From the NCBI GenBank assembly GCA_030141605.1, contig JAQGDQ010000072.1:653672-717671 (forward strand): a stretch of 64,000 nt of DNA, written 5' to 3'. The translations under genes and the position numbers were made by a program. Shown here piece after piece: positions 1 through 10,958 of this stretch. This DNA is from Tubiluchus corallicola (lineage: Eukaryota; Animalia; Priapulida). Position 1 is the stretch's first letter, and each line of letters begins with the position of its first letter. The notes below the pieces were generated by a model that saw only the letters and a list, made by a program, of their open reading frames with translations, did not search any database and was not told the DNA's origin.

Positions 1-324
1 ATGTTGTTGAATAAAAACCATTGTTGAAAATAAGTTATTTTATAATTAGAACAAAGACTGCAAGCTTGACAAAACTTCACTTACTAATTTCTTCGGTATC
101 AGCAGTGCATTATCTTTTGGTGCTGAGGAAATCTTGGTTTCACAGCTACCAATAATTATTTAGTACATTGAATTACTTAACCATCTGCTATTGTATTTGT
201 TAACACGAAATGCTTTTAAGTATAAAATTGTTTTTATGTAGTTATTTTTAGCTGTCTTCTGCTAATAAGTAAGCTTATACCTGCATACAATGTCTTAATA
301 CCTGTTTATGTAACTGTTAAACAG

Positions 325-3300
325 GCCTAGGGAGAAGTGGTGGCCTTTCTGTCATTCCTGGCTTGGCTGGGTTACCAGGTCTTCCTGGACTAAACCCCAC
401 AGCATTAGCGATGGGAGCTGCTGGACTGCGATTGCCAGGACAACCACTCGGAGGGGAGGTTCTTCTCGTCAGTAATCTCAATGAACAGGTAAGTTTGCGT
501 GGTTGAAATGTTGGAACCCTACTTTGCTTGATTGCAAATGGGACAGCTCTGATAAATGATTTGCTTGTTTTAAGATCTTTTGCATGCTGTTTTTTGATAT
601 ATCAGTGCATTATTTACGTTGGTTCTTGGTGCACAGTTTCTTTAATTTGCATATTTTTTATTGATTAGTATCTTAGAACACAAGCTTATCTACCGAGCTG
701 TCCTATTTGATACCCAAAAATTCTAGTGTACAAAAAAATGCTATGCAGTTCTGTAACTTCTCCCTTGTGGAAAGTTTTCATTTATTTTACTGAATTCTTT
801 TATCCATATTACAAGCACTGACAAGAAATTCATCTTGCAAACCTGGCAAAATACATTGAGGACAAACAAGTTATTTTATTATAAGCTTTTAAATTGTGTT
901 TGGTTCGTTAACTTTTTATTAATGGTAGACCTACACTTTCATGGCTGTTGAGAAAAATAGCGCTTAGATCCTTTGCAAGTTTTATTTGCATTTCTATCAT
1001 GCGCTGTGCACTTTAATATTACCTGCTTACTGTGCTCTCACGGGTACTAGAATACAGATCTTTGCCTTCGTTTTAAACGTGAAGGCTGACACTTGAATTG
1101 TATCACACATTCGTACTGCTATAGCATCACATGTTCGTACTGCTATAGACTAGCAGTGTTTCGAATTAATACTAAATTTCTTTCATCTTACTAGTTTGAC
1201 TGCACTTCGCACTAAGCGGAGTCATGCATGCTTGTTTATTAATCAACTACTGTTGTTATAGTTTAATTAATGTTTCACTGACGGTGATTTTCCTTTCTTT
1301 CCCGATCGTGATTCAATGTGCTGCTCGGTGTATCTAACGTGGACTTCTCTATTCGTTCGCTCGGACAATCCGTCCCTCTTACGCTCTGCTACTCTCTCTA
1401 GATGGTCACGCCAGAAGCTCTCTTTACCCTTTTTGGTACGTTTTATTGGCACTTTTTATTTATTTTTCTTTACTCCTTGACAAGCTTACTGCACTATATG
1501 TAATATCTTCAGATACAAAATTTTTCTATTTGTTCATTTATGATCCTGCAAGTGTGAATGTTGGGTGTATAAGGTGAAAGATTGTTTATAGTTACTATGT
1601 CTTCTAAAATTGTTGAATGGTTATTGTGTCACCAACTGTACTGAACATGGTAATATTTAATAAAGACGAGACATCATTTACACTTCTTATTGTACTTTTC
1701 GAAAAGTAATCTGTCGATACTTGGTGTGACATCTGCTTTTGTTGTTTCTTTAAAAGTTTCAGTAATATTTCAATGTTTGTAAATGCTAGCAAAAAATTAC
1801 TAATCTAGAGTGAGGCCACATATTATGCCATAAATGTGTTGTAATTGTAACATTGGACTACACAGTTCATTTTGACTGAAGTTCGTAAAATATGAGTAAA
1901 CATCTAGACCTCCACAGTAAATGTACTGATTCTGTTGCCATATGGCATGTCTGTTTACTTATGGGTGAACATAAAATTTCTGACGGAAATTTCAGCGCTT
2001 AGTAACATTTTACCATTCATGGTGATTTGTACATAAAATTTGAGGTCTTAATGTAGCGACATCAAAGTGATTGTTTATTTTTTATTTGGGTGCATAGAAA
2101 AATGAGAAGCAAAATGCATAAGTAAGAAGTAAATGGTAAGCGAAAACAATTTTGTCCATTTTTTTGTAAAAGTTACAACTTCATAATATAGGCAATATGT
2201 CTATGATCGGTGTCATGCTATATCTAAACTCTGTTCTGAGTAGGGTTTTGTAGACCTATTTAGATTTTAATGTAACTTATTTTACTAAAAAATTCACAGC
2301 TTTTCATAGTTTAAAATGACAATTTTGTCATACAGTGACTGCAAAAACTTTAAAATTCTAAAGAAATTAAGAATGGGTATTTGTAATGCAGTAACACCTA
2401 CAATTTGTTGAATGAACATTATACTTTTGAGTTTGGATCCCAGTTATTATTTGTCAGCAGCAGCTGCTTCTGTCATGGATTTGTGTTGTCCTCATTGTTG
2501 ACGCAAATGAAAATGATCATGATCATGATTACGATTGTTGTTGTTAGTACAAGACAATGCTATTGACGATTATGATGATAATACCGAAGATCTATTATAG
2601 TGATGGTGAAATTGTTTAAAATATGTACATTCCGATGTATCCTGCAAAAACTTCGCGAGCGTTATAATTTAGTGTATTAATTATGCAGTATATTTATTAA
2701 CTGAACTTTATTTTTTGGGCATTTGATCTTTTAATATAATTTACAGTTTGATAAACAATAATTCATCCAGTTCTTCTACTTATGTGTGCACCGAGTAACT
2801 CCGATTCTAGTTCAAGTCTTTTTACTATCAACAACAATTCTGCTTTCAATTGTAGCAGAAAGCTACTCGAAATTGATTTGCGTGAACTAAATTGTCGAAT
2901 TAAGTTGTTGTCGTCTTTTTTACGATACTTTGCAGATTGTCCTAGGAGTGAATTATAGTATGGGATCTCAATGCCACTTTGTTAGTCTGTTTATATATGT
3001 TGAGTTTTATTCACTGTGTTTCTGTTTACTACTTTCCTTTTTTTGTGCTTCTTATAATAACAGTTTCTTTGCTTGCGATACTATTCTCTAGTACTCATAG
3101 ATAATACTTGGGCAACATCTACTGTATTTTGTCTATTAAACCGTGAATGGTTTGATCTAAAATATTCTTCATATGGTAAGTATCTTGACTGAGCCTGTTG
3201 GTTCGGTTGCTAAGTTTTGACATCCAGGGATTTTGAGTTCAAATCTCTTTGCCTGTGTTTTGATTGGAGTGTTTTTCGATTGAGACGTGCTACTGTATAT

Positions 3301-6300
3301 ACTGAGAAAGATGAAACATCTGACGGGGGAGTGAAAGATGTCAGTATGGTAAAGCCAAATTTTTAAAATCCTGTTCATTCTGTGGCTATGTTTTGCAGCC
3401 GATTTGACATGTCTGTTATTCTTATAGGTGTTTATGGTGATGTAAATCGTGTAAAAATTCTTTATAACAAGAAAGACAATGCCTTAGTACAAATGGCTGA
3501 TGCACAGCAGGCACAACTGGGTAAATTCCTTTCATCTGTTTCTTTTTCGTATTTTAGGGTAATGGGGATTTTCAATTAAATCAAATTTTGATTTTTGCAC
3601 AAAAATGGCAGCTTACGTGAAATGCATTGTCAAATTTTTGCTCTTTTTTATAGGATTTAAACTGTAGCTGCGATATAATCTTAAATTTACACAACATTTT
3701 TAAGACTAATAAAATTATGCTAGCACTTTTATTTAAATTCACACATGATATTTAGTTTTATAAAAAATAACTTAGTTTCCTCTATTTGATTATTGTGATT
3801 ATTCCTAAGCAAAGCTTCTGAAATTTGAAGCGTAGAGAATTGCACTAATAAAACAAGCTGCAGAGAAATTTTTATTGAGAAGCATGTAATGTCTGCCTTA
3901 AGGTCATTGTAAATTTGTTACATTTGTCTAAATAGTTTTTGATTATTTTAGCCATGACTCACCTGGATAAACTGAAACTTTGGGGAAAGGTGATCCGTGT
4001 TGCTCCATCCAAACACGTTTCCGTGCAGATGCCTAAAGACGGGCAACCTGTAGGTATCTTTAAAAGATTACAAAGTGTTTGCTTGTGTACCACTGCATTT
4101 CACAATATAATTGTGAGAGTCTGTATTAAATTTTACAAGCATATCTTATAGAAAACATAGTTTCTTCAGTACCTTAAAAGTATGTATGTTTTATGTTAAT
4201 CACATCACATCTCCAGCTATAAAAGAATTGATTAGTAAGTCATGTTGCAATTTCATTTGTTTGTTCGTACTATAAGAGTGTGTGTAAGTTTTTCATTATA
4301 TTTCACATTTTACATTGTAGGATGCCGGGCTTACGAAGGACTTCACTTCGTCCACCCTCCATCGATTCAAGAAGCCTGGATCGAAAAACTACCAAAACAT
4401 TTTTCCTCCATCCGTCACATTGCATCTATCTAACATTCCGTAAGTATTTTATAGTGTTAAACGCAATTTTTGAAGTTGGGATGGATATTGAGTAAAATTA
4501 AGTAAAACCAGAGATATGTAACAACTTGCCACATCATTTGTAGTATATAAGACTACACAAATTTCATTATACGTATTATAATATAATGACAATAAATTGC
4601 TTGCTTACTTACTTATTATACATTATTGGAAACACGTCTAGCTTGCTGTTTTTATTTTTATGTACTTGAGAAGTGAATAACGGCAGTTCTCAAGAAAATT
4701 TTTGTGTTCGATTCATTTGTCAAGTTCATTTGCTCAGTTTAGCCAATTCTATGATTTCATTTATAATTTACTTTAGGTAGTCTGCATAACATGTTTGTCT
4801 GGTTATGTCATAATTGCTTTTTTCATTTTTCTAGACCAAATGTTACTGAGGAAGAAATCAAAGACGCTTTTATGGAAACGACAGGTGGAACTGTCAAGGC
4901 ATTTAAATTCTTCCCGTAAGTCCACTTCTTGATTCAAGAATGATTTTCCTTGTAATTTTCTATGATTTAATGTATAGTATTATTATACAGCAAGTCCTTG
5001 CTTAACGACTCATGATGGTGATTTATCTTTGAGTCAAATGTTTGCTTCTTGCTCGAAGTGCTAAACGTCTTGTGTATTGTGTTATTACTTTTTGGAAAAG
5101 CTGCTACGAGCCTAATTCAAAACTAGATGGTTTTCGGAAAGTCACTGTGTACTTATATATATATTTATTAACAGACATGTTTCAGTATAGAATACAGGAG
5201 GTAAATATGAATAACACTACATCTGTGTATCTACCACCTTCTCGGGTGAGACATAAACGTTCTTCAGTTGTTAAAATCATATCGGGATCAAAAGCTGAAA
5301 TGTAAAAAACATGTATTACGCAAATATGTGCCCTAGTTATTCTCAGTAAGGTCAGATAGCAGCACATACCTGCAGGAGTAGATTCACCTTTTTGTGCTTA
5401 TCTGTATTAGTGATGAATCCATCTGTTTTATGTTACATATTGATAGCTCTCTTGCAAGCCAATTCTTTTTGTTTACACGTTTGTAAGAACAATACTGTGT
5501 GAAACATTTCTTAGCAGGTGCACACACTAAGTTTAAAAAAAGAAATATTCATGGCATTAGATGTGAAATTGGACATTCTTAAGATTGTCTGACATTAGAG
5601 ACAAAGTATTTGCTCAGTGAGCTATAAAGACGGTTCACAAAAAGCAAAACAAATTAAGCTACCTCTAACAACGTTGTACATAAATATGGGATTTAGGAAA
5701 AAAGATCGCCGGCAAATGGAAAACACACCTGATGGAAGACGCACAAAAGCATGTTTGTGAGCTGGGCATTACTGATTTTTGCCCGTGTAGTGCATTGCCA
5801 CGATCTATATTTCTTATGAAAAACATTGCTTCATTTAACAACGGTTTTGCTAGAACTTTATGTTGTGAAGAAAGGGCTTGCTGTACTATATATGTAAACT
5901 TAATGATATTACTATTTTAACAAAATAATTTCAAATGTTTGTGCTTGTTAAGTTTTTGTCACTTATTCGTTGAAGGGAATCGTTTGTGCATAATGTAAAT
6001 TTCTTACATTTTCAGAAAAGACCGAAAGATGGCGCTGATACAGATGGGGAACTTGGAGGAAGCTGTTGTTGCTCTTATCGTAAGTTTTTTTCTTGCAGTT
6101 TAATGGCAGTAGAATTACCTGTGCATGTGTGACTGCAGAGAAAATTCCCGATTTACCATGTTACTGCGGGCTAGTTCTCTCCTTAAGGAAGGACGAGCAT
6201 TTATCCAATTGTGCCTAAGTCACATTTCTCTCTGTTGTCCTTGACATAGAGAAAAAAGAGCTAGGTTTCTGTACAGTCATTCAACAGTAGTTACTAATCC

Positions 6301-6454
6301 CTGCAATTGTGCACTGAATTGAGACATGCAACATGTTAAACTGAATAGGAACCAGAATGTAAACGTTTTTTAATTGTTGTTTTAGGCTATGCATAATTAT
6401 CAGCTGGGTGATTCAAGTCACTTGAGAGTTTCATTTTCCAAATCAACAATCTGA
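325..6454 (+). CDS. PTBP1: Polypyrimidine tract-binding protein (PTBP1/hephaestus family), 3' part encoding linker, RRM3 and RRM4; 5' exons lie upstream of the window
   Basis: GT-AG exons 325-488, 1402-1435, 3428-3520, 3952-4049, 4321-4439, 4835-4915, 6016-6079, 6386-6454 splice in frame to ...[74 protein letters not shown]...[40 protein letters not shown]...[43 protein letters not shown], the recognisable PTB RRM3/RRM4 sequence and C-terminus. Confidence 0.97.
1262..1401 (+). promoter_or_regulatory. Extended AG-free, CU-rich 3' splice-site region upstream of the 34-nt exon (putative PTB-binding and distant branch-point region)
   Basis: No AG dinucleotide from 1262 to 1399; TCTT/CTCT tracts; branch-point-like CACTGAC at 1276-1282 and TCTAAC at 1333-1338; TGCATG (Rbfox motif) at 1225-1230 just upstream. 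Confidence 0.65.
1402..1435 (+). CDS. PTBP1: 34-nt PTB cassette exon (equivalent of vertebrate PTBP1 exon 11 / PTBP2 exon 10)
   Basis: ctctctctag|ATGGTCACGCCAGAAGCTCTCTTTACCCTTTTTG|gtacg encodes [11 protein letters not shown](G); it is needed to keep the frame between exons 325-488 and 3428-3520. Confidence 0.95.
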
Positions 6455-8970
6455 AACGGAAATGTGATTTCTAATTTACATCACAAGTAATCTCTTAATA
6501 ACCGTTTGGAAGATGCAAGTTTTTCTCAACTGTTATTTTCCACAGTAATGATGAATTTTTGACAACTATTACTTATAGATGTCACTATCATCAAAGAATG
6601 GTAGATTTGATTTTTGAGACTGAATTTTGGTGTAAAATTACTTTTCAGAGTATATAAATGAAGCATGTTTTTAGTCTTATATCTTTACTACAAATGTGTA
6701 CTGATACTTATTATGTATTATGGTGACTGTATAATGTCTGTAAACAAAAGTGTAATGTAAACCTAAACTTTATATAGATATTATGTATATGGGCAGTATT
6801 GTATTTCAGAGATCCTATAAAAACCTTTCCAAAGGTTTCACAAAATAAATACAAATGTGGTGGGTCGTCATAATTTTACATAAAGTTTATTTCAACATAG
6901 TTTTCATCAGGACCAGAGTTTTTTGTGCCCAGAAACTTGAAATGTACTTTAATACTAATACATTTCTATATTTGTTTATTTGTATCAGCAAATGGTGTTA
7001 GTTTAATCAAGCTTGCATATGTACATGTCTATATTTTTGCTTTTTCAACTATTATATTATATTCTATCAGATTTCCATGCATAAATTGAGGAAACTATTT
7101 TATTACTAAGTATGTGTTAGTAATGTTTTGGTCGTAAGTAGCTGTAGTCACTGTTGGGCACAACCTCCAAGGGCAGCCATTTTATAGCTACGCTAGACAA
7201 AGTTTTATGACATTGTTTAGCAGCAGTTCTTTCTAATGAAATTACCTGTTTATATACAAGCATTGCTGCTGCTGGCTGAATGTTGTACACCACTAATTTA
7301 AGATTTTGTTTTTTCAAAAATTATAAAATCTATTCTATATTGTTCAGTATTAAAGATTAATATTTACTTTTGGGACCATGGTAAAAATGAACTTACCAAA
7401 CTGTTTGTCTGGTATTTGTTACAGTAACTGTCAGTCTAGCTGCTGTAGTTAAAGCTCCCAGTGTTAACACGCTATCCTCGCATTTTGGTAATCTCGTATT
7501 TTTAAAATATTTATATGTTAAGTGTTTATTTACGTATACTTCTATATTGTTATTTAGATTTTGTGTACCAACTAATCAAATCACTAATTTTGTCTCGGAT
7601 TATAAAATACACCTGGCATCTGACAGACATGCTGCAGCTGTACAGCTAATGTGTACTAGAGTTTGTTGAGATGTAGCAACTAAAAACTTTCGATTTAGTG
7701 TGTGATTTTTTTCACATACAACTCTTATACCAATTGTTGAGATAAATGGACAACATTTATAAACCAAAGACTAGTTGGAGGGAACAGTACTGTCAGGAAA
7801 TAGACTGATAGTACCTGGTGTAATATTGTGTATAATAATGCTTACTTGTATTCTACAGTGATTGCTTATACATATTGCTGCCTGTTGGTACTTGTAAACT
7901 TGCAAACGGATGTTTTTGTTTTTTATTATTTAAGTTAAGCTTACACTTTGTAGCTTATAATAGCAAAAGGAACTCATTCAAAAGGGAAATTGTAAATAAG
8001 TTGATGCCTAGATATATATTGGCCAGTTTTTTATTCTGTGTGGCAGCTTTGTATGTGATAAATGGTGAACAATTGGCATTTAGGTTCTGTTAGTTTGCAA
8101 CTTCAAAGTGTTGGTAGCAGGTAGGTTGTAAAGTAATGGACAGTAACTACCGTACAGCTATTTTTAATAGAATAAAAGTCTTTTGTGTAATGATAAATAA
8201 AAAATAATCATTTGAAGGTCCAAGATTCGTGCAAGAGGACACACTGAGTCAATTCATTGGTGATTTGATTTGCTGTTCCAAGGAGGTGATATGATAGGTT
8301 GTTCCAAAGTTTATTATAAGTACGTTAATCTGCCCTGTGTAAACGTACGAGTGGAATTTTGGTTTAAAACACGAAATTATCATCAATTAACTGTAAAAGT
8401 TAATTTACACCTACATTAAATTCATTGTATCAGGTAAAGGTTTATTTAGAGAAGCTACGTCAGAACAGACACTTTGTTTAAAGGACTTATTACAGCGCGA
8501 TGATACAAAAATTTTGGAAGAAGCACTAAAAAGCTTTGTTGATCCATTAAAAGACTTTTATGCACTACGTGTGAGCAGCATCATGCTGACTGTTCGCTTA
8601 TTCAGTCACTTTCATCTTTTAGCATGTATACCTGGTGAATTGCCGTGGTTATAGCTATTTTCTGTAGTATTATAGTGAAAATATAAATTGTCTGTTGTAT
8701 TAACGGTTGTTTTTGCACTATAGCAACTGATTGATACAAGTCACATATGGTAGTTTTAATTTGTATATGCAATCACTGTAGCATCCTTCATTAATTGTTA
8801 TCCCTCTGCAACAGTCCAAAACGTGCCTTACAAAGGTGCTAGCCTACACTGAGTATATTTTTTGTAAATTATCTGCAGATTCATATGACAAGCACTTGTA
8901 TTGCAGAATTATTATTGAGAAAATTTAATATGTACAATGTTTTATTAAAATATACATTTTGTAAGCATCC
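6455..8970 (+). other. Putative long PTB 3'UTR with alternative polyadenylation signals and miRNA seed sites
   Basis: AT-rich, ORF-poor sequence after the stop; AATAAA near 6844, 8171 and 8196 and ATTAAA at 8944-8949; seed matches GGGACCA 7372-7378, ACCAAAGA 7763-7770, GTGCCTTA 8823-8830. The 3' end is inferred. Confidence 0.5.
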
Positions 8971-10958
8971 AAACTGAAAAAAACTTGGTTGATGTGTTAC
9001 TTTACTAAAACATCTGGCTGTGCCCAGCACTTGTAGTATATTTCGTGATGTGTGTATTATGTATTACTAAACGACTACTATATTTTGTGTCTTTACTAGT
9101 ATCCTACATAAGTAGATGCTGTTTTTCTTTGCTTTGCATTTAAAATCTGTCTGCCTATTCTTATCTGACTTGTAACCAAAATGTGGAGACGTTTGCGCAT
9201 TTGTGGCTACGCTGACAAAATTGTGACTAAAATTGTTGATTTCATCCGTCGACACGTCTCTACATTAATGCTGGTAATCTAAAAATTTTGCTTGCTTACT
9301 GTCGTTTCTTTTACCACGTACGTACGAGAAGCAGCTCATGGTTGCTCATTTCTGCTGCAATGTTTTGTTTACACAAAATATCTCTGCTTCTCTTTTTCTG
9401 TGTTCAACTAATGCAAGGAAAATTATGATAACCAGGAATGTTAAAACCAACAGTTTTGCTCATATGACTGCTGCTGTGTCACCAGTAGCACGATGTCAAA
9501 AAAATACCTGGTTTAGCTGTTCCTGGTACAGTACAGAATACCGTATTACAAGTGTAGTAAAAAATCTGCTTGCAATTTTGTTTCTAATGAAATTTTAACG
9601 GTGTTCTTGGTACTGTGGTAGATAATACTTCCACTGTTTCTTATCTCTGTATCTCTATGCTTCATTATCATATTAAATTACTTTAATGAATTTCTTCAAT
9701 CGCTAGCTACTTTTGTTTCATCTTCTTGGTTATGTGTATTCTTTGTTTCTTTCTTTCAATGGTACATAAATGATCGCCGTCCTTTATTACTTTTCCGTCT
9801 CATTTTTCAGTTTGCAAAATTTTAATAGTATTTCTAGATTAGTGGTATTTACACCACCTAGTAAAGGTAACAGATAATATACAACCGTCACCATCTAATA
9901 TCATCATCACCACAATTTAAGTTCACAAGCATTGTAATGAGTAGCACTATTTGTCAACAGTTTCGTAGATGGTGATATCAAGTTAGTGGTAAAAGTACCT
10001 GACATATCCACATGAAATAGAAGCTTTTTTGCGGTGACCAACAAATTGAATCTGCTTCAACCCCGAACTGCGATCTTTTATCGTCAAAGTGCACGTATTT
10101 AAATTGCATGTGTTTTTCAATTTTACATAAATACGAAAATACTGACAAAATTGGAAACAATCTTGATCACAAGAGCTCAAATAATGTAAAATCCACTGCA
10201 GATTGTTTTAATATATAACAATACATAGTTTTTAATTAACAAGAAATATTGATCTACAACGAAAACAAAATTTATATGATCAAGTTTTACAATAGAGTGT
10301 CAATCTCATTATCGATACGATGCAAACAATGAATGCTGTACATTAAGGTATTACAGTACTTAAAACTCCACAGTGTGTTTTGTAATTAAGCACACCGTTT
10401 AATGAAAGGCTCTTTAACGGCAAACAAACACAAATACCACCAAGTGACGCATACTTTGACAGTATGTTTGAGACAAAGTCTTCAGCTGGGTTTTAGAATA
10501 ACTATAAATTTTATTCTAGCATTTCCTAAATGATTAATGTAAGAACATGAATCACCAGTCCACATTTTCACCATAGGTCTAAATGCATTCAGAAATACTA
10601 GAGCACTGTATACTACTCACCACTCACCATTTTTGCATTACAAACTATGTATATAGCTGAGCTGTATTAAAGTCAGTTCGTTTAAAAAAATCAGGTGCCA
10701 TTAGTGGCTAAACTCTAGTGACTGAGTGGATCGGAGATGGCAGATGGACTGTTGACATCTGATTCAATAAGTTGGTTTTTAGAGGTGGAAACTGCACAAA
10801 CTGCAAAATTGCTTTTCAACTGCAGCAAGTCTAGTTTTGGAATTCTCTTCTGTAACCTTTACATAGTGCTAGGGCAGCATCAACAAAGCATTGTCAGTGT
10901 AAGCAGTCTAAAATTTATTAACGTTTTCTCCAAATATCATGGAAGCTTTGGCCCGTCA

